A stretch of 27,510 nt of DNA from a virus (IMGVR_UViG_3300001914_000028:1-27510), one strand, 5' to 3'; positions 16,274 through 24,782 are shown, numbered from the stretch's first letter. The notes: generated from the sequence alone by a model not told the origin. Translations and numbers: made by a program.

Positions 16274-16553
16274 TGAACGATTGACCCGGCGCGGCATGCT
16301 GGCCGAAAAAGAGGCCCGGCTCCGCGAGCTGGAGAACTCCATGCAGGGCGACATCTTCGCCGTGCGGGCCGCGCTGGAGCCCTATGCGCCACTCCACGAG
16401 ATCAAGCCGGAGCAGGCGGCGATCCAGGCGGTCGAACTCGCGGGCAAGCACGCCGAGTACATGGGGCTGCGCGGCGAGATCGCGGCCTTGAAACGAGCCC
16501 TGGGGATCTCGTCCAGTCAGCCGGGGACAGAATTAATTCTGTCCCGCGGGTAG
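16260..16553 (+). CDS. Hypothetical coiled-coil protein upstream of terminase
   Basis: In-operon overlap; GC3 bias. Confidence 0.7.
   Translation: MGFDNERLTRRGMLAEKEARLRELENSMQGDIFAVRAALEPYAPLHEIKPEQAAIQAVELAGKHAEYMGLRGEIAALKRALGISSSQPGTELILSRG
16524..16545. repeat. Late-operon palindrome, copy 2
   Basis: GGGACAGAATTAATTCTGTCCC, perfect 22-bp palindrome. Confidence 0.92.
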
Positions 16554-16558
16554 TTAAA

Positions 16559-17170
16559 ATGCCCGAATCCTACGGCTGGGAGACCATCGAGGCTACCGAG
16601 GAACTCTACATCCTCGACGGCCTCACCTTCGAGCAGGTGGCCGGGCGCACCGGCGTCTCGGTCTCCCAGCTCAAGCGCTGGTCGTCGGATTCGGATCCGA
16701 CCTGGCCGGACCGCCGCCGCGAGTACCGCCAGGCCCAGACCTCGGTCCGCAGGGGCGTGATGCTGGCCAAGGCGAAACTGATCGAGTCGGTGATCGCCAC
16801 CGAGGACCCGCAGAAGGCCTACGCCTTCGGCGCCCTGGTCAGCTCCGGCAAGCTGGTGGAACAGGAGGCACGGGAACGGTCCGGTGCCGCAAGCATGGGC
16901 GATCCGGCCCAACCTGCCGGACGCGAGATCCGGACGCCCCAGGATGCGGTCGAAGCGCTGCGGGAGGCGGTGCAGATCAAGCTGAACTCCATGCTGACCC
17001 GGCCCGGAGAACTGTCCTTTGCCGCGATCAAGGACACCAAGGCGGCCCTGGAGATGATCGAGCAACTCCAGGGCAAATACAAACCCGAAGACGAGCCTGC
17101 CCGGAAGGGCGGCCTGTCCGATGAGGCGGCCGAAGCGATCCGCCGCCAGATCCTGGGACTCAACCGATAA
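16559..17170 (+). CDS. Putative terminase small subunit (Mu gp27 position)
   Basis: N-terminal HTH LTFEQVAGRTGVSVSQLKRW; C-terminal GGLSDEAAEAIRRQILG; directly before TerL. Confidence 0.8.
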   Translation: MPESYGWETIEATEELYILDGLTFEQVAGRTGVSVSQLKRWSSDSDPTWPDRRREYRQAQTSVRRGVMLAKAKLIESVIATEDPQKAYAFGALVSSGKLVEQEARERSGAASMGDPAQPAGREIRTPQDAVEALREAVQIKLNSMLTRPGELSFAAIKDTKAALEMIEQLQGKYKPEDEPARKGGLSDEAAEAIRRQILGLNR

Positions 17171-18696
17171 TGGCCGAATTCGTCAAGGAAGACCGAACCC
17201 GACGCACCCCCATGGCCCTGTTGCCCTACCAGCAACGGTGGCTCGAGGACGGGGGCGAGGTCAAGATCATCGAGAAGTCCCGGCGGATCGGTCTCTCCTG
17301 GGCGGAGGCGGCCGACGATGCCCTGCTGGCCGCCAGCCAGAACGGCATGGACGTCTGGTACATCGGCTACAACAAGGACATGGCCCAGGAGTTCATCGAG
17401 GACTGCGGCGACTGGCTGGGGCACTTCAACAAGGCGGCCTCGGCGGTGGAGGAGTTCGTCCTGGAGGATGAGGACAAGGATATCCTCGCCTTCCGGATCC
17501 GCTGCGCCTCGGGCCACAAGATCGTGGCCCTGTCCAGCCGTCCTTCCAACCTGCGCGGCAAGCAGGGCAAGGTGGTGATCGACGAGGCGGCCTTCCACGA
17601 CGACCTGGGCGAGCTGATCAAGGCGGCCATGGCCCTTTTGATGTGGGGTGGCCGGGTGGTGATCATCTCCACCCATGACGGCGACACCAACCCCTTCAAC
17701 GAGGTGATCAACGAGGTCCGGGCCGGCAAGAAACCATACAGCCTGCACCGGGTGACCATCGACGATGCCCTGGCCGAAGGACTGTATGAACGCATCTGTC
17801 TCCGCCTGGGCAAGGAGTGGAGCCCGGAGGCCGAGACCGAGTGGCGGGACAAGCTGATCGCCCAGTACGGCAGCGGCGCCGACGAGGAGCTGTTCTGCAT
17901 CCCCAGCCAGGGCTCGGGCGCCTTCCTGCCCAGGGTGATCATCGAGCACTGCATGCGGGAAGATATCCCGATTCTGCGCTGGTCCTGCACCAACGAGTTC
18001 ACCTTGCAGCCGGATCATATCCGCCAGGCCGAGGCCCTGGAGTGGTGCGAGGAGCATCTCGCGCCGCTGCTCGAAAAGCTGGATCCGAAGCACCGGCATT
18101 ACGCCGGGGAGGACTTTGCCCGCCTGGGCGACCTGACCGTGCTCTCGCCCTTGGAAGAGCGGGAGGACCTGACTTATCGCCAGCCTTTTGTGGTGGAGTT
18201 GTCCAACGTGCCCTTCGAGGAGCAGAAGCTGATCGTCTTCCATGTACTCGATCGTCTGCCCCGGTTCAGTTTCGGCAAGTTCGATGCCCGTGGCAATGGG
18301 CAGTACTTGGCGGAGCGGGCCATGCAGCGCTACGGGGCCGGCCGGATCGAGCAGGTGATGCTTTCCGAGGCCTGGTACCGCGACGAGATGCCCCGGTTCA
18401 AGTCATTCTTCGAGGACGGCACCGTGGAAGTGGCCAAGGATGCCGATCATCTCGATGATTACCGGGCGCTCAAGATGATCCGAGGCGTGGCCAAACTGCC
18501 GGAGACCAAAACCAAAGGCTCAGACGGCCGGCAGCGCCATGGTGATGCGGCCATTGCCCTGGCCATGGCCATCTCGGCTACCAGGATGGAGGTCACCGAG
18601 TACGCCTACCATCCGGTGGGCAGACGAAACGATGATCGGATCGAACGGCCGATTCGGGTGACGGCCGGGCTCGGCGCCGGCAAGGGGTTGTGGTGA
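17170..18696 (+). CDS. terL: Terminase large subunit (Mu gp28-like)
   Basis: LLPYQQRW, EKSRRIGLSW, VVIDEAAF Walker B, GEDFAR and HGDAAIA nuclease motifs. Confidence 0.95.
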   Translation: MAEFVKEDRTRRTPMALLPYQQRWLEDGGEVKIIEKSRRIGLSWAEAADDALLAASQNGMDVWYIGYNKDMAQEFIEDCGDWLGHFNKAASAVEEFVLEDEDKDILAFRIRCASGHKIVALSSRPSNLRGKQGKVVIDEAAFHDDLGELIKAAMALLMWGGRVVIISTHDGDTNPFNEVINEVRAGKKPYSLHRVTIDDALAEGLYERICLRLGKEWSPEAETEWRDKLIAQYGSGADEELFCIPSQGSGAFLPRVIIEHCMREDIPILRWSCTNEFTLQPDHIRQAEALEWCEEHLAPLLEKLDPKHRHYAGEDFARLGDLTVLSPLEEREDLTYRQPFVVELSNVPFEEQKLIVFHVLDRLPRFSFGKFDARGNGQYLAERAMQRYGAGRIEQVMLSEAWYRDEMPRFKSFFEDGTVEVAKDADHLDDYRALKMIRGVAKLPETKTKGSDGRQRHGDAAIALAMAISATRMEVTEYAYHPVGRRNDDRIERPIRVTAGLGAGKGLW

Positions 18697-20261
18697 TGCT
18701 CTACGATTATCTCGGCCGACCGGTCCGTACACGGGACCTGACGCGGGAACAGGCGGCGCCGACCCTGACCGGCATCCGCACCATCTGGAACGACAGCTAT
18801 GCCTCGGGCCTGACCCCGGCCGGGCTGGCCACCCTGTTGCGGGCCGCTGCCGACGGGGACCACCATGCCTACCTGACACTGGCCGAGGAAATGGAGGAAC
18901 GGGATCTCCACTATGCGGCTGAGCTGGGCAAGCGCAAGCTGGCGGTGTCCCGACTGCCGCTGACCGTGGAAAGTGCCAGTGATACTGGCCGGGACAAGGA
19001 GCTGGCCGATGCGGTGCGGACCCTGATCCGCACGCCTGGCTTCCGGGGCCTGCTCAAGGATCTGCTCGATGCCATCGGTAAGGGTTTTTCGGTGGTGGAG
19101 ATCCTCTGGCAGACCGGGACCCAGTGGCGCCCGGCCAACTACGAGTGGCGAGATCCCCGCTTCTTCCAGTTCGACCTGGTCAGCAGGAGGGAGATCCGGC
19201 TGCGGGACGAAGCCGACCTGATGAACGGCCTCGAGCTGGCGCCCTACAAGTACCTGACCCATGTCCACCGGGGCAAGGCCGGCATCCCCATCCGGGGCGG
19301 CATCGCCCGGCTGGCCGCCTGGGCCTACATGTGCAAGGGCTACACAGTCAAGGACTGGCTGGCCTTTGCCGAGGTCTTCGGCATGCCGCTGCGGTTGGGC
19401 AAGTACGGCTCCTCGGCCAGGGAAGACGAGATCCGGATCCTCAAGACGGCGGTGGCCAACCTGGGTACCGACGCGGCGGCAGTCTTCCCCGAGTCGATGC
19501 AGGTGGAGTTGATCGAGGCCGGCAACAAGGGCGGCTCGGCCGACTTCTTCGAGCGGCTGGCCAACTACCTGGACGACCAGGTGAGCAAGGGCATCCTCGG
19601 CCAGACCGCCTCCAGCTCGGGCACGCCGGGCAAGCTCGGCAACGAGGACTTGCAGGCCGAGGTGCGCGACGATATCCGTGACGATGACGCCGAGGCCCTG
19701 GAAGAGACCCTCAACCGCGACCTGGTCCGGCCGTTTATTGACCTCAACTTTGGCCCGCAGGAGCAGTACCCAGAGATCCAGCTCCGGGCCACCCCGCCGG
19801 AGGACGTCAAGGCCCTGGTCGACGCGGTGGAGAAGCTGGTGCCGCTGGGCCTAAAGGTGGAGCAATCGGTGATCCGCGACAAGCTGGGTCTCCCGGATCC
19901 TGACCCGTCTGCTAAGCCCGAGGACCTGCTACGGCCCCAAGGTGAACCCCGGCAACCTGCCGTGGGCCAGGATGAAAAGAAACCGGTCCCGCCGGCCATG
20001 GCCACCAACAGCATGGCAAAGCCGCAGGGAGCGCCGGTGGAGACGGTGCTCTTCAATTGGGCGAAGGAGGCAACAGCACATCCGGCGTCCGGATTGATTG
20101 ACCAGGCTGAGGCCTTGCTCGGTCAAGCGGAGAGCCTAGCCGAGTTCCGGGAGCGACTGATCGATCTGTTGGCCGATTCCAAGCCTGAAGAGTTGGGCGA
20201 GATCATGGCCCGGATGGAGTTGCTGGGCAACCTGGCCGGCCGGATGGAGGTGGCGGGGTGA
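18696..20261 (+). CDS. Portal protein (Mu gp29, DUF935)
   Basis: LLDAIGKGFSVVEI..WLAFAEVFGMPLRLGKY..ILGQT; start may be GTG 18690 or 18693. Confidence 0.94.
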   Translation: MLYDYLGRPVRTRDLTREQAAPTLTGIRTIWNDSYASGLTPAGLATLLRAAADGDHHAYLTLAEEMEERDLHYAAELGKRKLAVSRLPLTVESASDTGRDKELADAVRTLIRTPGFRGLLKDLLDAIGKGFSVVEILWQTGTQWRPANYEWRDPRFFQFDLVSRREIRLRDEADLMNGLELAPYKYLTHVHRGKAGIPIRGGIARLAAWAYMCKGYTVKDWLAFAEVFGMPLRLGKYGSSAREDEIRILKTAVANLGTDAAAVFPESMQVELIEAGNKGGSADFFERLANYLDDQVSKGILGQTASSSGTPGKLGNEDLQAEVRDDIRDDDAEALEETLNRDLVRPFIDLNFGPQEQYPEIQLRATPPEDVKALVDAVEKLVPLGLKVEQSVIRDKLGLPDPDPSAKPEDLLRPQGEPRQPAVGQDEKKPVPPAMATNSMAKPQGAPVETVLFNWAKEATAHPASGLIDQAEALLGQAESLAEFRERLIDLLADSKPEELGEIMARMELLGNLAGRMEVAG

Positions 20262-20464
20262 AAAGGCCATCCGTCTGGGAGATCGCCATGACCGTGGGCC
20301 TGCTTGTCCTTGCCGGCTTGATCGTGCATGTCGCCAGCAACCTCAGCCATGGCCAGGCCGTCGAGGTGCCGGCAGCCCGGATGCTGGCCGATTGGCAGGA
20401 GTTGCAGCGGCTGGCCAGGGAACACCCATACCGGGAACAATCGGACCGCGATGGATGCCGCTGA
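20258..20464 (+). CDS. Small single-TM protein between portal and gpF
   Basis: GGAGG SD, GTGA overlap with the portal stop, hydrophobic IAMTVGLLVLAGLIV. Confidence 0.6.
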   Translation: MKRPSVWEIAMTVGLLVLAGLIVHVASNLSHGQAVEVPAARMLADWQELQRLAREHPYREQSDRDGCR

Positions 20465-21197
20465 GTTCGAACGGGTATTTCGTCTGCCCTTTGCCGAGGC
20501 CACGGCCTGGTTTCGCGCCAAGCTCGACATTCCCACCACCAGATGGGACGAGTTGGAAGGTCTGGCCCACGGCAAGGGATTCATGTCCGCCGGGGCCTAC
20601 CAGGCTGACCTGCTCGCCGAGTTGCGGCAGTTGGTGGACAAGGCGATTGCCGGCGGCACGGACATCCGTGAGTTCCGCCAGCAGTTTCGCCCCCTGGTGG
20701 AACGCTACGGCTGGCAGTTGCAAGGTGGTGGCCCGGCCTGGCGGAGCGACCTGATCTGGCGGACCAACATTACCTGCGCCTATCAGGCCGGCCGCTGGCA
20801 GCAGTTCGAGGCCGCCGGGATCGAGTATCTCAAGTACGTGCACAACGACGGCGTGCGCAACCCCCGGCCCAACCACTTGGCCATGGATGGCCTGATCCTG
20901 CCCCGGACTGACCCGTTCTGGCAGGTCAATTACCCACCCAACGGGTTCGGGTGCAAGTGCCGGGCAGTAGCCGCCACCAAGGCCGAGTACGAGGCGGCCC
21001 GGCCGGATCAGCGGACCCGGCCCGAGAACTGGCAGGAACTGCCTGACAAGGGCTGGGACTACAACGTCGGCACTGCTGGCAAGCAGCATCTGGCCGATGC
21101 CATGCTGGAGAAGATGGACCGGATGCCGTTGGAGATCGGCCAGGCTTGGATGCGGCTGATCACAACGATGGGGTTGGAAGAGTGGACCCAGCGATGA
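20451..21197 (+). CDS. Head morphogenesis protein (Mu gpF/gp30, short form)
   Basis: LPFAEATAWFRAK..IWRTNITCAYQAGRW..RPNH..DG..DPFW..YPPNGFGCKC. Confidence 0.92.
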   Translation: MDAAEFERVFRLPFAEATAWFRAKLDIPTTRWDELEGLAHGKGFMSAGAYQADLLAELRQLVDKAIAGGTDIREFRQQFRPLVERYGWQLQGGGPAWRSDLIWRTNITCAYQAGRWQQFEAAGIEYLKYVHNDGVRNPRPNHLAMDGLILPRTDPFWQVNYPPNGFGCKCRAVAATKAEYEAARPDQRTRPENWQELPDKGWDYNVGTAGKQHLADAMLEKMDRMPLEIGQAWMRLITTMGLEEWTQR

Positions 21198-21214
21198 GCA
21201 GGAAGAACGGGCAC

Positions 21215-21444
21215 AAAAACAACTCGCTAACCGGAGATTCGCCAACAACACCTCCCTTGCGCTCAACAAATGACCAATAGGCCTGAGCGTCGGAGAGCTT
21301 GGTCGATCCGGTTAACGAGGACCATAGGTAGGTTATGGAATTCGTTGACCCAGGTGGGAGGAGAGAACCCGCCTGGTCCTCATCACCTACAAAAAAGCCG
21401 ATGAGGTCGGTTCCCTGGGAGTGGAACCAATCAACGAACCCTGC
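21215..21444 (-). ncRNA. Candidate structured antisense-oriented RNA (four-way junction, kissing loop, long 3' hairpin)
   Basis: Six helical elements tile the intergenic region; upstream promoter; TTGTTTTT after the last stem. Confidence 0.7.
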
Positions 21445-21450
21445 AATTTC

Positions 21451-21479
21451 AATATAAGGCCGATGAGCTTGACCGACAA
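21451..21479 (-). promoter_or_regulatory. Sigma70-type promoter facing against the late operon
   Basis: Minus strand TTGTCG (21479-21474), 17 bp, TATATT (21456-21451). Confidence 0.65.
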
Positions 21480-22015
21480 TGGAGCTGCTACTCCAAACCG
21501 ATGACCGCGAAGTGGTCAACCTGTTCAACCGATTGCTGCGCCGGGCCGTCGACCTGACCCCGACCATGCAGGCCATCGGCGCCTTCTATGAGCGCAGGGT
21601 GATCGAGAATTTCAAGAACCAGTCCGCACCGGACGGCACGCCCTGGCAACCGCTCTCCGAGGTGACCCTGCACATGGGCCTCGCGCGGAACAAGGGATGG
21701 AAGAAGAACGGCTATCTATCAACCAAGGGCAAGCGCTACCTGACCGGCAAGCGGATCCTGTGGGAACATGGCGACCTGGAAGGTTCGGTGCACAGCCAGG
21801 CCTCCAAGGACAGTGTCACCATCGGCGCTGGTGGCCATGTGGCGCCTTATGCGCCCGTGCATCAGCGCGGCACCAAAAGGGCTGGCCGGGGCCGTAAGGT
21901 GACCATCCCGGCCCGAGAGTACCTGGCCATGAACCGGGGCACGGAGATGCAGTTGGCAGAGAGAGACCGAACCATGGTGCTCGACCTGATCCGGGAGCGG
22001 CTGCTTGGCCCCTGA
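21479..22015 (+). CDS. Virion morphogenesis protein (Mu gpG/gp31)
   Basis: DLTPTMQAIG..F..Q.APDGTPWQPLS..YAPVHQRG..IPAREYL. Confidence 0.92.
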   Translation: MELLLQTDDREVVNLFNRLLRRAVDLTPTMQAIGAFYERRVIENFKNQSAPDGTPWQPLSEVTLHMGLARNKGWKKNGYLSTKGKRYLTGKRILWEHGDLEGSVHSQASKDSVTIGAGGHVAPYAPVHQRGTKRAGRGRKVTIPAREYLAMNRGTEMQLAERDRTMVLDLIRERLLGP

Positions 22016-22145
22016 TGGGCGAGGCCGCCAAACGCCCGCATTCTGGAGTTGCGAGTGCTGCGCCCCCGAGTGCAGCCGTGGGCAGGAAAATCAAATACAG
22101 GGAATTTTAAACGGTTTTTAAACGGGGTTCTGCAAAAGGAGCAGC

Positions 22146-23147
22146 ATGAACAAAAAAGCGGTCATGGGCCAGGGGGGAATCGGGCGGACTATCCTTCCCC
22201 TGGCTCTCAATTTCCAGGCAAACGACTCGGGTCTGCCCGAACGCATCGAGCTGTTGCCGGCAGGTGAGCGGATAACCGGCCGCGATGGTCGATCATGGAA
22301 CAACCCCAGCCCGGACAAGGTGGTGCAGCAGGTCAATGATCGAGGCCTCGACCTGGTGCTCGATTTCGAGCATGCCAGCGAACTGCGGGCACCGAAAGGT
22401 GAACCAGCTCCGGCGGCGGCCTGGTTGAACGATCTACGGGTCGAGGAGGATGGCCGCATCACGGCAGCGGTCAATACCTGGACCCCGGCCGGAGAGGCGG
22501 CGGTGAGGAACAAAGAATACCGCTACCTCAGCCCGGCCGTGCTCTACGACCAAAAAACCATGACCATCGTCGGCATCGCCAGTGCCGGCCTGACCAATAA
22601 ACCGAACCTGCCGCTTGCGGCACTCAATCACGAGCAACAGGAGGAAGACACCATGCTCAAGAAGATTTTGGCCAAACTCGGCCTGGCCGAGGACGCCACC
22701 GAAGAGACCGCGCTGAACGCCCTCGGCAAACTGCAAACCGATTTGCTGACCGCGCTCAACAGTGCCCGGACCCCGCCCATGGACAAGTTCGTCCCTCGGG
22801 CTGACTACGAACTGGCCCTCAACCGGGCCACCACCGCCGAGGCCAAGATTGCCCAGGACGAACAGGACAAGCTGGAAACCGAGATCGCCACCGCCATCAA
22901 CCAGGCCTTGATCGAGGGCAAGATCGCCCCGGCCAGCAAGGACTACTACACCGCCATGTGCCGGACCGAAGGCGGGTTGGACCAGTTCCGCACCTTCATC
23001 TCCTCGGCGCCGAAAATCGTGCCTGATTCCGGACTCGGCGGCAAGACCCCGGAAGACAGCCAGCAGACCGCCTTGAACGCGGACCAGACCAAGATCATGC
23101 GGATGCTCGGCAACACCGCCGAGGATCTCGCCAAGTACGGCAAATAA
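22146..23147 (+). CDS. Mu-like prohead protease (gpI)
   Basis: IELLPAG..GRDGR..LVLDFEHAS..APAAAW..WTP..EYRYLSP..LTNKPNL. Confidence 0.93.
   Translation: MNKKAVMGQGGIGRTILPLALNFQANDSGLPERIELLPAGERITGRDGRSWNNPSPDKVVQQVNDRGLDLVLDFEHASELRAPKGEPAPAAAWLNDLRVEEDGRITAAVNTWTPAGEAAVRNKEYRYLSPAVLYDQKTMTIVGIASAGLTNKPNLPLAALNHEQQEEDTMLKKILAKLGLAEDATEETALNALGKLQTDLLTALNSARTPPMDKFVPRADYELALNRATTAEAKIAQDEQDKLETEIATAINQALIEGKIAPASKDYYTAMCRTEGGLDQFRTFISSAPKIVPDSGLGGKTPEDSQQTALNADQTKIMRMLGNTAEDLAKYGK
22653..23147 (+). CDS. Nested in-frame scaffold protein (gpZ-like)
   Basis: AGGAGG SD before the internal ATG (MLKKILAKLGL), as in Mu I/Z. Confidence 0.75.
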   Translation: MLKKILAKLGLAEDATEETALNALGKLQTDLLTALNSARTPPMDKFVPRADYELALNRATTAEAKIAQDEQDKLETEIATAINQALIEGKIAPASKDYYTAMCRTEGGLDQFRTFISSAPKIVPDSGLGGKTPEDSQQTALNADQTKIMRMLGNTAEDLAKYGK

Positions 23148-23170
23148 CCGGAAACATCCGGCCGATTATC

Positions 23171-23214
23171 AGCAAGCTGGGGACAGAATTCAATTCTGTC
23201 CCACAGGAAACTTT
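23171..23214 (+). repeat. Late-operon palindrome, copy 3 (44-bp unit)
   Basis: AGCAAGCTGGGGACAGAATTCAATTCTGTCCCACAGGAAACTTT. Confidence 0.95.
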
Positions 23215-23228
23215 AAAAGGAGCACACC

Positions 23229-23633
23229 ATGGCACTGACTTCAGACCGCAACACCCCACGCCGGGACGGAACCGAGTTCAACCTCGGCGTCGCGGCGAGC
23301 ACCAAGATCTACGGCGGCTCCATTGCCTGCCGTAACGCCGGCGGCTACGCCGTGCCCGGATCGACCGCCACCACCCTCAAGGCGCTGGGGATGGCTACCC
23401 AGCAGGTCGACAACTCGGCCGGAGCAGACGGGGCCAAAAAGGTGCAGATCCGCAAGGGCACTTTCCGGTTTGCCAACTCGGCTGCCGGCGACCTCATCAC
23501 CATCGTCGACATCGGCAACGACTGCTACATCGTCGACGACCAGACCGTGGCCAAGACCAACGGCACCAACACCCGGTCCGTGGCCGGCAAGGTCCACGAC
23601 GTGGATGCCGATGGCGTCTGGGTGACGTTCTAA
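23229..23633 (+). CDS. Putative capsid cement/decoration protein
   Basis: Ala/Gly/Thr-rich beta protein (MALTSDRNTP..CYIVDDQTV..GVWV) between protease and capsid; AAGGAG SD. Confidence 0.78.
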   Translation: MALTSDRNTPRRDGTEFNLGVAASTKIYGGSIACRNAGGYAVPGSTATTLKALGMATQQVDNSAGADGAKKVQIRKGTFRFANSAAGDLITIVDIGNDCYIVDDQTVAKTNGTNTRSVAGKVHDVDADGVWVTF

Positions 23634-23640
23634 ACTTTAA

Positions 23641-23684
23641 AGCAAGCTGGGGACAGAATTCAATTCTGTCCCACAGGAAACTTT
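23641..23684 (+). repeat. Late-operon palindrome, copy 4 (identical 44-bp unit)
   Basis: Identical to 23171-23214. Confidence 0.95.
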
Positions 23685-23716
23685 CAAAATCCATTTCAAT
23701 TCAGGGAGAACACACC

Positions 23717-24760
23717 ATGAAATCGAGAATCACCACGCTGTTGCTGTGGATCGGCCTGCTCTTTGTGCCCTGCGTGGCCGGTGCGCTGCTGGGCACCCAG
23801 GAGGCCTTCGCCGGCTTTGATCCATCCCTGGTCCCGCTCATGGGCCTCGGCGGCCTGATCGTCAACAAGGCCAACCTGGAGGCGGTCTTCCTCAACCTGA
23901 AGACCATCTTCAACAAGGCCTTCGAGGCGGCACCCTCCATCTGGCAGCAGACCACCATGCTGGTACCGTCCGGCTCGAGCCAGAACAACTACAACTGGCT
24001 GTCCCGTTTCCCCAAGATGCGGCGCTGGATGGGCGAGAAGTTCATCAAGCAGTTCGAGGCATTCAAGTATGCCATCGTCAACGAGGACTGGGAAGCCACC
24101 GTGGCCGTGAACCGCAACGATATCGATGACGATACCCTGGGTATCTATGCGCCCATGGCCCAGGAGGCCGGCTATTCTGCCAAGCAGTTGCCGGACGAGA
24201 TCGACGCCGAGCTGAAGAATGGGGCCTTCACCGCCCTGTGTTATGACGGTCAGTATTTCTACGACACCGATCATCCGGTGGCCGGGGCCAGCGTGAGCAA
24301 TAAGGGGACGGCCGTACTGTCGAACGCCTCCCAGGCTGCGGCCGCCGCTGGATACGGCGCCGCAAGATTGGCCATCATGTCGTTCAAGGATGAGGAAGGG
24401 CGACCCCTTAACCTAATCGGCGACACTCTGGAGGTTCCGCCGGCCCTCGAGACCATAGGCCGCATGCTGATGGAGAACGACAAGCTGGCCGACGATACTC
24501 CCAACCCCTATAAGGGCACGGCCAAGCTTCTGGTCAACCCCCGCCTGGAATCGACCACCGCCTGGATGCTCCACGTGACCACCAGGCCGGTCAAACCGTT
24601 CATCTACCAGGAACGCAAGGCCCCGGTTTTTGTCCAGCAGACCGATGCCCAGGCCGACGACGTGTTCATGCGCAAGGAGTTCAAGTTCGGCGCCGAGGCA
24701 CGGGCCGCCGGCGGCTATGCCTTCTGGCAGTTGAGCTACGGATCCACCGGCTTGGGTTGA
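23717..24760 (+). CDS. Major capsid protein (Mu gpT-like) with hydrophobic N-terminal extension
   Basis: YNWLSRFPKMRRWMG..NEDWEATV.V.RNDIDDD..CYDGQYFYDTDHP..KPFIYQER..GYAFWQL. Confidence 0.95.
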   Translation: MKSRITTLLLWIGLLFVPCVAGALLGTQEAFAGFDPSLVPLMGLGGLIVNKANLEAVFLNLKTIFNKAFEAAPSIWQQTTMLVPSGSSQNNYNWLSRFPKMRRWMGEKFIKQFEAFKYAIVNEDWEATVAVNRNDIDDDTLGIYAPMAQEAGYSAKQLPDEIDAELKNGAFTALCYDGQYFYDTDHPVAGASVSNKGTAVLSNASQAAAAAGYGAARLAIMSFKDEEGRPLNLIGDTLEVPPALETIGRMLMENDKLADDTPNPYKGTAKLLVNPRLESTTAWMLHVTTRPVKPFIYQERKAPVFVQQTDAQADDVFMRKEFKFGAEARAAGGYAFWQLSYGSTGLG

Positions 24761-24782
24761 TAACCGAGACACCATCAAGATA

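Noticed and set aside
16819-18243. Long antisense ORFs (474 aa here, and others such as 3740-4531 and 20343-21269)
   Set aside because: Shadow frames of GC3-rich genuine genes on the opposite strand.
21336-21441. Canonical tRNA gene on the minus strand
   Set aside because: Cloverleaf-like, but arm lengths are wrong and there is no TTCRA T-loop or D-loop GG consensus.
21191-21470. Hammerhead cores at the GATGAG motifs in the F-G spacer
   Set aside because: They read GCGATGA or CCGATGA rather than CTGANGA, and no properly placed GAAA exists.
21160-21576. 138-aa minus-strand ORF
   Set aside because: It starts inside gpG upstream of the predicted promoter, has no SD or recognisable domain, and the region is better explained by RNA structure.
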